A stretch of 64,000 nt of DNA from a bacterium (GTDB lineage: Bacteria; Patescibacteriota; Saccharimonadia; Saccharimonadales; SZUA-47): NCBI GenBank assembly GCA_030427445.1, contig JAUIBQ010000001.1, forward strand, positions 25,782 through 89,781, written 5' to 3'. Positions 35,316 through 44,862 of this stretch are shown piece by piece. A program made the position numbers and the translations under genes. The notes under the pieces are model-generated. The model made no database searches. It was not told the DNA's origin and was given only the letters and a program-made list of their open reading frames with translations. Numbering within the stretch: position 1 is the first letter of the stretch; every line of letters starts with the position of its first letter.

Positions 35316-36424
35316 CTCAGCGCTGACTTATACAGCTTTTCGTATTCATCGACTACTTTTTCGTAGTCAAATTGCTTCACGTATTCTTTAGCCCATTTCT
35401 GCCATACTTTTCGAATGACTTCGTCTTCCATCATAAGCTGCATACGTTCTGCATATGCAGTAGCATCGTTACAATCTACCAAAGATAATCTACCTGTTTC
35501 TGACAGCACCCATTTATAGCCATCGTTATGATGAGCGACAATCGGTGCCTGCATTGCCATAGCCTCAGCGAGTACGATGCCGAAGCTCTCGCCATAGAGG
35601 GCAGGTGAAGTGTATATAGAACACCGACTGAGTAAATCAAGTTTCGTCTCATCATCGATGAACCCAAGGAATTCTACATCTTTGATTTCATAATCTTGGA
35701 CATATTGTTCTAAGCTTTTCTTGAGTGGTCCGTCCCCGGCAATTTTAAGAACTACCTCAGGCTTCGATTGTTTTAGCTCGGCGAATGCTCGGATAGCTTG
35801 TTTTGCACCTTTGCGTTTTTCAAGTCTTCCTATGAACAATATCAAGTATGGGTCTCGTTCAGCTTTCCGAGCTTTATAGGTAGTACTGTCATAGCCATTC
35901 GGAATATAATTGATATCTTTCTCTGTGTATTCTTGAATATAACCAATCGCAGCAGGGGATACTGCAGTGATGACATCAACATGCGGAAGAACCGCACGTG
36001 CGTATGATTTATATGTGGAGACTAACGATTTACCCAATCGGTTACCAGGCAATGCAGCGTGAAATGTACCCACTCTGACTATATCGAGCTCTTCTGCTCG
36101 AGAAAGAATTTGTCTTCCACCTATAGGAACCATGGGCTCATGCACATGTATTATGTCGTAGTCATTTGCGAGAACCTCATCTATAGCTTCTACATCTAGG
36201 CTTATGGACACATCTGCTGAAGTTGCATGAGGTGCTCGTATCCTTGCTGAGTTACCTAAATAGAGTATACCTTCGGGTAATTCGTCATCATGATTGCGCG
36301 GTTTAGGAGTAATGACATCAACATGATGACCACGCTTTCTTAAGATTTGTGCTTGATACTGCACATGCTCTTGCACTCCACCTCCTTTAAATATGTTGTA
36401 TGGTGTAAAGAGTGCGATTTTCAT
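35312..36424 (-). CDS. glycosyltransferase family 4 (GT-B)
   Basis: PALYGESFGIVLAEAMA block. MKIALFTPYN start typical of GT4. Confidence 0.8.
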   Translation of the reverse strand: MKIALFTPYNIFKGGGVQEHVQYQAQILRKRGHHVDVITPKPRNHDDELPEGILYLGNSARIRAPHATSADVSISLDVEAIDEVLANDYDIIHVHEPMVPIGGRQILSRAEELDIVRVGTFHAALPGNRLGKSLVSTYKSYARAVLPHVDVITAVSPAAIGYIQEYTEKDINYIPNGYDSTTYKARKAERDPYLILFIGRLEKRKGAKQAIRAFAELKQSKPEVVLKIAGDGPLKKSLEQYVQDYEIKDVEFLGFIDDETKLDLLSRCSIYTSPALYGESFGIVLAEAMAMQAPIVAHHNDGYKWVLSETGRLSLVDCNDATAYAERMQLMMEDEVIRKVWQKWAKEYVKQFDYEKVVDEYEKLYKSALS

Positions 36425-36429
36425 GATAG

Positions 36430-37386
36430 CTATTTTACTAACTTTCTAAGTTCTTTTTGCAGGCTAGCAGGGAGTAATTGTGATGCCTCTTCAGGATCTG
36501 CCAAAATACTTGGTGCATGGTTCGGCATCGAAGCGTGATGCTCTTTGAAGTCATCAAAAATAATACGCATGTGCTGTTCAACTCTGTTGTTATCGAAATA
36601 TTGATCGTTATCGACACTTACGTGATGAACGACAAGTGGCACACGTACTGTACTGTTGTTTACAAATAACATTTCAGCGGCCGTCAGAAGATACGTTCTT
36701 GCATCATTATTCCTCCAAAGCATTACTTCAAAATCAACGGCATTAACGCGCTGCTCTTCTGTTAGATGATCAAGCTTTCTTCTCGCATTCTCACGTTTTG
36801 TGTACATTGTTTTAATAATAAGAGGGTGAAGTGCGACATTATAGTACACCCAAGAAAGTGGTCTTATCGCTACAAGTTTTGCACTACGAGCGAGTCTCTT
36901 CCGCTTCTTTTCACTCATCAAAAAATCATTTCCGTTAGAGAATCCGGCAAGTGAGACGAGCAACGTTACTTTTTTGCTCAGTTCTGGGTATCTTTGCAGC
37001 ATACGAGTCACGATAACGAACCCAAGAGACATACCAAATACAACCACTTTTTTATTACGATACTTTAACTTTACGAACGATGCTAAATAATCGGCTAAGT
37101 TATCGATTGTCGGTGGGATTCCGTGGTTTTCTATCGACTGCATCCCGCCACATCCAGGTATATCAGGCAGAGTTACATTGCCAAACTTTGACAAATACAC
37201 AGCGAATCCATACATCCTTTCAATGCTTGCATGAGAACCATAAATCAATAAAATTTCTTGCTTAGCAAATTTCTTCTTATCTGTTTTTACGCGAAGCATT
37301 CGGCCTTCTAGACCATTCATATTCAACGGCTGAATATTTTCTTGCATCGGTAGCAATACTTCTTTGAGTGTTGATTTTTTTGACAT
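36430..37386 (-). CDS. alpha/beta hydrolase fold protein
   Basis: GMSLG nucleophile elbow (GxSxG) at a suitable position. 318 aa. Confidence 0.6.
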   Translation of the reverse strand: MSKKSTLKEVLLPMQENIQPLNMNGLEGRMLRVKTDKKKFAKQEILLIYGSHASIERMYGFAVYLSKFGNVTLPDIPGCGGMQSIENHGIPPTIDNLADYLASFVKLKYRNKKVVVFGMSLGFVIVTRMLQRYPELSKKVTLLVSLAGFSNGNDFLMSEKKRKRLARSAKLVAIRPLSWVYYNVALHPLIIKTMYTKRENARRKLDHLTEEQRVNAVDFEVMLWRNNDARTYLLTAAEMLFVNNSTVRVPLVVHHVSVDNDQYFDNNRVEQHMRIIFDDFKEHHASMPNHAPSILADPEEASQLLPASLQKELRKLVK

Positions 37387-37454
37387 AATTATTACTACTA
37401 TTCTAAGCGATATCGCATATTAAATCAATTTATTTCAACACTATTTACAATATT

Positions 37455-38318
37455 TTACAATAGATTAATTTCTTGTAGTATTTCCGTACCGACATAGTTG
37501 TATTCCCATGGTTCAGGAACGGGGCCCTGCACATCAATGTTTTTTGGATAACTTGGGATAAAGCCGAATTTCTTTGCATTTGCGAAATCATCTGCTGATA
37601 ACCATTCATCACAAGCTGTACCGATGAAATTCTGGGCACCCAATCCTGCGCATGTCATATCAACTGTATAAGCCGAGTGATGCTTAGAATACCCGGGAGG
37701 GGCAGCGCCTTCTAGCACAGCGTTTATTGCTTCAATCTCTGTAAGACCACTAGCTATTTGTGCACTGTAGCGACCATAGAAAATAACTTCTTGCTCATCT
37801 AATGTCCGATACCCTGAAGAAATCGATAACTCTAACCCCTCTAAGGAAGCCTCCTGTACTATATTGGTCAGCGGCTCGACTACATCCTCCGCTACAACAA
37901 CACCTCGAAACGAACTCAAACTGTCACCAAAGTATATCTTTTGCAGCTTATACCCTCGTGACTCAGCAGTAGCGGAAACTAACCGGCTAAACTCAGTATC
38001 TTCATTAATATCAGGAGCAACCATTGGTGTCTGGGTGTCTGGGATAGGCAGTGAATACCAAAGTGACTGATATTTCTCATCACCCGATGCCTCTCCGACT
38101 TGCTCCTGGTTAGCCTGTTCAGCAGTGATAGTATCCTGTTCATCGACTAATTGCAGAGAAGGCGCTTCGTCCATACCTTTATTGTTTATAAACAGAAAGA
38201 TGCCTAGAACTACTATGGCAATAGAAGCAACAGCTATTGCCTTTCTACTGCGTGAAGACTTTCTCTTGGCAGCACTCTCTGTATTTTTATGTGTATCTCC
38301 TGGCTCTACAACTCTCAT
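37455..38318 (-). CDS. VanY-like D-alanyl-D-alanine carboxypeptidase (M15 family), membrane-anchored
   Basis: N-terminal TM helix and a low-complexity linker. SGYRTLDEQ and SKHHSAYTVD motifs. Confidence 0.75.
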   Translation of the reverse strand: MRVVEPGDTHKNTESAAKRKSSRSRKAIAVASIAIVVLGIFLFINNKGMDEAPSLQLVDEQDTITAEQANQEQVGEASGDEKYQSLWYSLPIPDTQTPMVAPDINEDTEFSRLVSATAESRGYKLQKIYFGDSLSSFRGVVVAEDVVEPLTNIVQEASLEGLELSISSGYRTLDEQEVIFYGRYSAQIASGLTEIEAINAVLEGAAPPGYSKHHSAYTVDMTCAGLGAQNFIGTACDEWLSADDFANAKKFGFIPSYPKNIDVQGPVPEPWEYNYVGTEILQEINLL

Positions 38319-38334
38319 TCCACCCCTAAGTATA

Positions 38335-39198
38335 TTACAAATAGTCAGGCGCCGCTGGCTTACCTAGATATGACTCGAGTGAAGATGCATTCGATTCATG
38401 GTACGCAGTGGCATCACTAACACCTATGTAGCGTATATGCCACGGCTCATATGTGTACCCAGCTTCTGCTTTATTAGTTTTTGTATAGCGAATGATAAAA
38501 CCATATTTGTAGGAGTTCTCAGCGAGCCATTTGCCTTCAGGCAGATCGCCAAAGCAAGCTTCTAAACTACACGTACCACTCGGCACGATAATATCTGCAG
38601 CAAGGCCGGTTTGATGCTCACTATGACCGGGTCGTGCAGAGTAAGTATCTGCAGCTGCCTGGCCGTCTCGAGCGACATAATTGTTGTACAGCGTTTGCTG
38701 AGTTGTGTAACTACGAAACGCGTTTGAAAGCATGAGCGAATGTCCATCATCTTTTGCAGCGGCAAACATTTCTTCTAAAGATTGTGCAGCTCGTGCATCG
38801 ATCACAGCTCCTGATCGTTTCGTCACATCAGGGCTAGTAAGGTTACTTGGTGAGTAACTAAGCGGGGAGATGGCTATTCTTTTATTCACTAGCGTAAGCA
38901 CTGACAGCATTCCCGAAGTGCTAGGCTCTGGGGCAGGGGTTGTTTGGCTAGTTGGCTCTTCTTCGACTACTTCTTGTGATGAGCTGTCTTGTGCGGCCTC
39001 CTCTTTATCGTCATCTTGAGATGTAAGCACCACTACATCTTCATCGTAATTAGCGCTTTGACTCGTCAGAGTTTCGTTGTCGCTGCTCGTTGACACTAGT
39101 ACGCCTGCAGCTACAATAATTAAAAGCATAGAAATACCTAAAATGATTATCCAGTACGCCTTAAAAGCTGTTCTTAACGTTGTGAACGACAAACTCAT
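38335..39198 (-). CDS. VanY-like M15 family peptidase, membrane-anchored
   Basis: N-terminal TM helix and an acidic/Ser-rich linker. SNAFRSYTTQQ, PGHSEHQTGLAADI and EPWHIRY motifs. Confidence 0.8.
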   Translation of the reverse strand: MSLSFTTLRTAFKAYWIIILGISMLLIIVAAGVLVSTSSDNETLTSQSANYDEDVVVLTSQDDDKEEAAQDSSSQEVVEEEPTSQTTPAPEPSTSGMLSVLTLVNKRIAISPLSYSPSNLTSPDVTKRSGAVIDARAAQSLEEMFAAAKDDGHSLMLSNAFRSYTTQQTLYNNYVARDGQAAADTYSARPGHSEHQTGLAADIIVPSGTCSLEACFGDLPEGKWLAENSYKYGFIIRYTKTNKAEAGYTYEPWHIRYIGVSDATAYHESNASSLESYLGKPAAPDYL

Positions 39199-39212
39199 CT
39201 AGGGTGTGGCTA

Positions 39213-39389
39213 CTATTCTTCTGTCACTTCTGCATCAGTTGCATTTTTCTTGACCGTTTCAATACTGCGCATACAACTATCTTTAGTAGCAAACCCTTCT
39301 TCAGCAATCGCAATTATTTCACCGTTTCGAGCTTTCAGGCGCCATCGAAACTCACCTTTTTTGTCTTGGTATACTTCAAATTTTCCCAT
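39213..39389 (-). CDS. YegP/DUF1508-family small protein (58 aa; below the ORF-track cutoff)
   Basis: Hand translation: MGKFEVYQDKKGEFRWRLKARNGEIIAIAEEGFATKDSCMRSIETVKKNATDAEVTEE. The FEVY..K.GEFRWRLKA.NGEII...EGY pattern is the DUF1508 repeat. Confidence 0.7.
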   Translation of the reverse strand: MGKFEVYQDKKGEFRWRLKARNGEIIAIAEEGFATKDSCMRSIETVKKNATDAEVTEE

Positions 39390-39414
39390 CGTTTCATCAC
39401 TCCTTTTTAGGCAT

Positions 39415-39463
39415 ATTTCACGCCATTTAGTGCTTTAACTCTTTACAATTTCACGCCATTTTA
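39415..39463 (+). repeat. Rep-A copy
   Basis: ATTTCACGCCATTTAGTGCTTTAACTCTTTACAATTTCACGCCATTTTA. Confidence 0.8.
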
Positions 39464-39477
39464 GATATATACCTATC

Positions 39478-40167
39478 CTAAAATGGACTCTGTGTTACAT
39501 TCTCTGGCCTTTCTATCGATACTGGCTGATACGAAAACACTGCAACGAAACTTGTTGTATTGCTTGTACCTTCAGCCTTGCTTATCCTACCATCACTCGC
39601 TACGTAAATGGTCGCATCGATATCATCTGGTTTTGTAACACTCCATATATCACAGGTGCCGGCAGGGCAGTCTGACTCACCAACGTACTCAGCATATTCA
39701 CTGTATTCCAAGATAGCGTCTTCGGAGTACATATAAGTACTTGCATCAACGCCGTTCTCGCTTGTCGTGAGAGAAAAGCAGGTATCATTTTGGCATGAGA
39801 TAAACTCATCTCCGAGCTGGTACACCCGTAAATTATCATTTTTAAACGTACCTTCAAGGAGGTAATTACCTTCACCGTCATAGTTTACAGTTCCAGTATA
39901 TGGCACGTCGTTTTCTGTGTCCTCAGCTTCCAGCTCAACTACGAAAGACTCTGAGGTTGTTGCGATAGGCTCAAACGTCTTTTGTTCGCCTACAGGTATC
40001 TCATCTACTTCTTGAATCTCTGACTGAGAAGATTCACTAGTAAGTTGCTCAGTATCCTTATCTGCTTCATTCATCGAGAAGAGAAAATATCCTACAGTAC
40101 AGACTAGAATTAATACAAGCAGCCCTACAATTATTTTTTGCGTTCTTGTCACTATAATCTCCCTCAA
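39478..40167 (-). CDS. hypothetical exported/membrane-anchored protein
   Basis: N-terminal TM helix (IIVGLLVLILVCTVGYFLF) followed by an acidic, Cys-containing domain. Confidence 0.55.
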   Translation of the reverse strand: MREIIVTRTQKIIVGLLVLILVCTVGYFLFSMNEADKDTEQLTSESSQSEIQEVDEIPVGEQKTFEPIATTSESFVVELEAEDTENDVPYTGTVNYDGEGNYLLEGTFKNDNLRVYQLGDEFISCQNDTCFSLTTSENGVDASTYMYSEDAILEYSEYAEYVGESDCPAGTCDIWSVTKPDDIDATIYVASDGRISKAEGTSNTTSFVAVFSYQPVSIERPENVTQSPF

Positions 40168-40285
40168 AGCTTATAATTGCTTAACTATAGTATACTCCTG
40201 TAAATAACGTAATGCCACTAGCCTTTTTTAAAGTGTTGAGAAGATTTGATATACCAAGTATAATATCTCCTGCAACTTAAGGTAA

Positions 40286-40359
40286 TGGGAATTAGCCAAG
40301 TGGTAAGGCAGTGGGTTCTGGTCCCATGATCGGGGGTTCGAATCCCTCATTCCCAGCCA
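40286..40359 (+). tRNA. trnQ: tRNA-Gln (anticodon CTG), CCA encoded
   Basis: Acceptor TGGGAAT/ATTCCCA. Anticodon stem GTGGG/CCCAT with loop TT-CTG-GT. T arm GGGGG-TTCGAAT-CCCTC. Confidence 0.93.
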
Positions 40360-41407
40360 AGCAAAGAAGAGTCCTTTAGGGCTCTTTTTTGTTTGATTGA
40401 GTTTGGGATTCGCCCAGGGTTCGCCTCGCCGATTTTATCGGCCATCCCTCATTCCCAGCCAAAATTAAAAGTCCATGTTTACCATGGGCTTTTTGTTTTG
40501 ACTGCGACAGCAGTGAGGGTTCGAATCCCCGCGGGTGGTTCGTTTCGACAGCTGCAGCTGTCCATCTCTCATACCCAGCCAAATTAATTTGATCTGTTTT
40601 TCATCTATTGAACCAGTTTAGTTTTTAGCATAATTTGGTAATATTTTATTCATTTGTGAAATACTCTCTGATAATAAAGTTCGAATTCTATCGGTTGCTT
40701 TGACACTGCATAATACTAATGGTTTGAACAGGATTAAAAGTATGGTATAAAAACAACATGACAGATAGAAGAGCACCATACACTAAATTTGAGACCCATT
40801 CTTCATATGAGGTTAGGTTCACTTCACCTAGCGAAGACCTAGAGGAGTTGAGGCCAAAAACCAAAAGAATAAGAGATGCCAGAAGTGCGGTACGTGGTGT
40901 ATGCAGCGAAGCCGAAAGAAGGTTCGATAAGCTTCTTGAGAAGCGCGAGCCTAAATGTACGCGTATCGGTGGTTGCGTTTTGGAAGGCTGCGTCACTTTG
41001 AACCCTAATTTTTTACCAGACTTGCAAGGTGAACTTGATGTGCTCGCAGTTTGCGAGACAAGCGAGGAAGCTGGACTAGTAGGATGTGCACTTAGGAGTG
41101 AGGATCCTTCGGCATTCGCCAATGAGGTGATTGTTGTTCTAGAGCCTAGGACACCCCAAAGCGAATAGACTTTGTATATTTTCTTGAACACATAAGCGTA
41201 ATTTTCAGATCCAAAAGCTTTACTGTGCTTCGTACCTATTTTTACATCATTTTCAGTTTCCTCCACTCCTATTAAAGTTCGATGATCATCCCTCATTCCC
41301 AGCCAAACTAACAACCGTCCTTCAGGGCGGTTTTTAGTTTGATTTAGAATGGGATTCACCCAGGGTTCGCCTCGCGAGCTTGCTCGCCATCCCTCATTAC
41401 CAGTCAA
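40344..41407 (+). repeat. array of five direct copies of the tRNA-Gln 3' end with tRNA-derived units and hairpin terminators
   Basis: CCCTCATTCCCAGCCAA occurs at 40344, 40446 and 41290. Copies with 2 mismatches occur at 40566 and 41391. Units 40393-40462 and 41338-41407 are ~85% alike by eye. Confidence 0.8.
40758..41168 (+). CDS. possible Cys-rich hypothetical protein (136 aa) inside the tRNA-Gln repeat array
   Basis: The ORF has plausible codon usage, but a 239-aa ORF overlaps it on the opposite strand. Neither has a motif. Confidence 0.3.
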   Translation: MTDRRAPYTKFETHSSYEVRFTSPSEDLEELRPKTKRIRDARSAVRGVCSEAERRFDKLLEKREPKCTRIGGCVLEGCVTLNPNFLPDLQGELDVLAVCETSEEAGLVGCALRSEDPSAFANEVIVVLEPRTPQSE

Positions 41408-41476
41408 ACAAATATACAGTCGTAACCCACTATGCTATGCGAACGTATACATACTGTGTAAAATATAACCATAAGC

Positions 41477-42772
41477 ATGGATTTAGACAGAAAAATTCAA
41501 CCATCTGCAGGATTGTTCGTAAGCTTTTTGATAATAGCTGTGCCTATGTTTGGCTGGAAGTTCTGGTATCCATTTACTGAATTATCTACAATCGACGCTT
41601 TCATTGTATCGATCGCTAAAATTGGCGCATTTGGAGGGCTAGCGATGTTTGCCATGTCGTTAGTCTTAAGTGGTAGATATACATTTTTTGAGAAGGCATT
41701 TGGCGGACTCGACAAAGTCTACATCGCTCACCGTATGTATGGGACTGCAGGCCTAGCGCTACTCGTGCTTCATCCGATCGCTCTTACACTACTGACAAAT
41801 AACCCAGGGGTCGTCAGTTCTGTCGAGTTTTTACTCGGCGTGAACGACCTATCAATACTACTTGGCGCTGTAAGTCTCTATGGGTTTGTCGGCTTAATTA
41901 TTTGGTCAATAACGACAAAAGCTTCATATGAGACATTTCTTAAAGTTCATAAAATCACCGGACTACTATTTATTGCAGGTGCCATCCATGCTTTCGCTAC
42001 TGGCAGCATCTTAGAGCAGAGTAGATTCATGGCAGGGTATCTTGGTGTACTAAGTGTAGCCGGAGCAAGCACCTATGTTCTCTATACGTTATTGGGAGAT
42101 GCGCTTCATCGGCCTTACAGATATACGGTAACTTCTGTAAAAGAAAGCAATGGTGTTGTTGAACTTATCATGGAGCCACGATCAATGTTCATCAAGTTCA
42201 CCCCCGGACAGTTTGTATATGTTTCTATACCAGACATCGACTTAACGTACCATCCTTTTTCAATTGCATCAGGAAAGTTTGACGGTAAGTTACGTTTTGC
42301 GATACGTATGTCTGGCGACTACACACGAAAACTGACTAGCATACACTCCGACGCTAAGGCCTACATTAAAGGACCCTATGGAGGCTTTACATTTTTACAG
42401 CACAAGAATAAAAAACAGCTATGGATTGCAGGTGGGATTGGTGTAACTCCATTTTTAAGCGGAGCACGCTCAATGAGAAGGTCGCATGAGAAGGGTATGG
42501 TCGAGATGATTTATGCAAGCGACGACACTAACCCATATGGTCTTAAAGAGTTGGAGACTATCGAAGACCAGAACCCAGCATTTAACGTGACGCACTTCCA
42601 CAAAGAGAAGTTTGGCCATGTATCACTTGAAGTACTCCAGGAACAGCTAAAAGACTTACATGAGCGTGTCATCTATATTTGTGGACCACCAGTAATGATG
42701 AATGTCCTAAAAGACGAAGCTGAACGACTTGGTCTATCTGAAAACATCCACACTGAGGAATTCGCCTACTAA
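41477..42772 (+). CDS. ferric-reductase-like transmembrane oxidoreductase with FAD/NAD(P)-binding domains
   Basis: N-terminal six-helix domain. HPFSIAS (FAD-binding) and GGIGVTPF (NAD-binding) motifs. Confidence 0.8.
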   Translation: MDLDRKIQPSAGLFVSFLIIAVPMFGWKFWYPFTELSTIDAFIVSIAKIGAFGGLAMFAMSLVLSGRYTFFEKAFGGLDKVYIAHRMYGTAGLALLVLHPIALTLLTNNPGVVSSVEFLLGVNDLSILLGAVSLYGFVGLIIWSITTKASYETFLKVHKITGLLFIAGAIHAFATGSILEQSRFMAGYLGVLSVAGASTYVLYTLLGDALHRPYRYTVTSVKESNGVVELIMEPRSMFIKFTPGQFVYVSIPDIDLTYHPFSIASGKFDGKLRFAIRMSGDYTRKLTSIHSDAKAYIKGPYGGFTFLQHKNKKQLWIAGGIGVTPFLSGARSMRRSHEKGMVEMIYASDDTNPYGLKELETIEDQNPAFNVTHFHKEKFGHVSLEVLQEQLKDLHERVIYICGPPVMMNVLKDEAERLGLSENIHTEEFAY

Positions 42773-42782
42773 ACATAGAAAT

Positions 42783-42830
42783 AAAATGGCGTGAAATCCT
42801 AAGGAGTTAAAATGCCAAATGGCGTGAAAT
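42783..42830 (-). repeat. Rep-A copy (inverted orientation) between convergent genes
   Basis: AAAATGGCGTGAAATCCTAAGGAGTTAAAATGCCAAATGGCGTGAAAT. Confidence 0.85.
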
Positions 42831-43174
42831 TATGCATGCAACTCGTCTACCCTGAGAGCTATCATTGCTTCAATTATATCCTTTGTTATGACATTGTCGC
42901 GTGTGAACCGTATTACCCCTTTTGAGTACTCATAGCCTGTCAGGTCAGGGGATAGAGCCGTGATAATCTTTGGGCTAAACGGGTACACACTCATGTGCTG
43001 TTTACTAATCGAGAACCCGATAAGTGGTCTTCCGTTCAATTTCAATGCAGGAAGTCCATAGCTTAGACCTTCAGATGCACGAGGTTCAACGGACTTCGCA
43101 TACTCCCATAGCTCAAAAACAATCTTCAAGTCTTTTTTGTCCGCGCTTTTGTAATAGTCTTCAAGGCTTATCAT
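42830..43174 (-). CDS. DUF1801 (YdhG-like) domain protein
   Basis: ASEGLSYGLPALKLNGRPLIGFSISKQHMSVYPFS pattern and ~115-aa size. Confidence 0.65.
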   Translation of the reverse strand: MISLEDYYKSADKKDLKIVFELWEYAKSVEPRASEGLSYGLPALKLNGRPLIGFSISKQHMSVYPFSPKIITALSPDLTGYEYSKGVIRFTRDNVITKDIIEAMIALRVDELHA

Positions 43175-43181
43175 ATATGTA

Positions 43182-43682
43182 TCACACTTCTATTTTTCGT
43201 AACCGTGCCCTCACTGAAGGAGCCTCGTCTTTACTGCCTCGCTCTAGTATGGCCTGGGCATTTTTGAATAACCCAGGATATTCAACAGTAATTTTATATA
43301 GCACTGTGTAGCTCCAGGCTCTGACCATCTTGTTTTCATGCGTTGTCCACTCAATAATCGACTTACCCATAGTCGCAGCCTGTGATTTAGAAAGTGTGAG
43401 TGTGTTTAGTGCTTGAACAAGATGCAGCACAGGAGGCCAGGTACCACTTAAAATAGTAAACTCATACCATTGCCGCAACAAAGTGTCATCAATCTGACAC
43501 CCTTGATCAACCCAAGCCTTTAGCACCCAGCTTACGGCTTCTTGAGTTCGCTCGTTACGATTAAAACTATGCAATAACTCAGCAATGTCACTGTGAGTGG
43601 GTGACTTTTTAACGATCTCTTCCAAGACGTCCGTATGTTTTCCATCGTATTTATCGATGTTTTCAGACAGTGAAGCATTCAT
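43182..43682 (-). CDS. hypothetical helical protein (166 aa)
   Basis: ORF adjacent to 42830..43174. Helical-repeat-like sequence with no firm motif. Confidence 0.5.
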   Translation of the reverse strand: MNASLSENIDKYDGKHTDVLEEIVKKSPTHSDIAELLHSFNRNERTQEAVSWVLKAWVDQGCQIDDTLLRQWYEFTILSGTWPPVLHLVQALNTLTLSKSQAATMGKSIIEWTTHENKMVRAWSYTVLYKITVEYPGLFKNAQAILERGSKDEAPSVRARLRKIEV

Positions 43683-43809
43683 ACAATAAGTTAAACATAC
43701 ATATTATTGTGTTTCTAGCGTTCAGCCCTGCCTGAAACTAACCTATCCTACACTCCATTGTAGATTTTATTGTACAATGAGGGTAATTTTGAAAAGAAAA
43801 GAGAGATGA

Positions 43810-44862
43810 ATGAAATTATCGAGTTCTGAGAAATCAGTTTTAAACAAAGCAGTGATTATAGCGTCAATAGTACTACTCATTATATTTTGGCAGTTTATAG
43901 CACCGATCGTCACTGCATTAATATTTGCTGTTATTTTTGTGCCGATCTACCAGTGGTTACACAAGAAAACTAAACGTAACGGATTATCACAATTTTTGAC
44001 AGTGATGCTTAGTATTTTCGCTATTATTATCCCGCTCATTCTTGTCGTGTGGATCAGTGTTGATCAAGTTCAGAATATGATCAACGACATTACGCGCCTA
44101 CTAGACAACGGCGATACAACACTTTCTGAAGATAAAATTCTACAAGGCCTCAATGACGTCTTGAGCACGGTTACCAATGATCGTGTACAGATATCACTTG
44201 ATCAGTTTGAGTCAGCTATCTTGACTGCTGCACGTACAATAGGTGAAACAGCACTCAACTTCATGACAAATACTGTTAGCAGCGTTCCCAAGCTCGTCAC
44301 GAACATCATAATATTTTTCTATGTCTTTATTGGACTTTTAGGAAACTACAAAAAAGTACTCAACTACCTACGCAAACTCAACCCACTAGGAGATGAGGTT
44401 TCTACGATGTATCTAGAACGTGCTAAAGTCATGACAAACAGCATGGTGAAAGGGCAGTTTGTCGTTGCTATCGCACAAGGTATTATTGGAGCGATTTCGT
44501 TACACATCGCTGGCATAGACTACTTCACGTTTTTCGCACTCTTACTATCTGTACTTTCTATCGTCCCGCTCGGTGGCGGTATATTGACCATACCTATCGG
44601 TGTCGTCATGATATTGCTTGGTAACATCCCTGGTGGTCTTATCGTACTTTTGACGCATTTTATCATCGTTACAAATATCGACAACTACATCAGACCAAAG
44701 CTTGTTCCCGAGGAACTTTCGCTACATCCAGCGCTTGTGATGATCTCTGTATTCTCAGGGTTGGCACTGTTTGGATTCCTCGGTATCGTTGCGGGACCAG
44801 TTATCCTGATACTCGCACTTACGACTCAACAGATTTACATTAAAGCAACAGCTAAAAAATAA
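43810..44862 (+). CDS. AI-2E family transporter (second paralog)
   Basis: 350-aa polytopic protein with the same architecture as 32117..33205. Confidence 0.8.
   Translation: MKLSSSEKSVLNKAVIIASIVLLIIFWQFIAPIVTALIFAVIFVPIYQWLHKKTKRNGLSQFLTVMLSIFAIIIPLILVVWISVDQVQNMINDITRLLDNGDTTLSEDKILQGLNDVLSTVTNDRVQISLDQFESAILTAARTIGETALNFMTNTVSSVPKLVTNIIIFFYVFIGLLGNYKKVLNYLRKLNPLGDEVSTMYLERAKVMTNSMVKGQFVVAIAQGIIGAISLHIAGIDYFTFFALLLSVLSIVPLGGGILTIPIGVVMILLGNIPGGLIVLLTHFIIVTNIDNYIRPKLVPEELSLHPALVMISVFSGLALFGFLGIVAGPVILILALTTQQIYIKATAKK

Noticed and set aside
40376-41407. ORFs 40376..40582(-), 40393..40587(+) and 40688..41407(-) in the tRNA-Gln repeat array
   Set aside because: They are built from tRNA-derived repeats and terminator hairpins. 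The 239-aa minus ORF has an odd Ser/Leu-rich composition and spans two att-like copies. Only the 136-aa plus ORF is kept, at low confidence.
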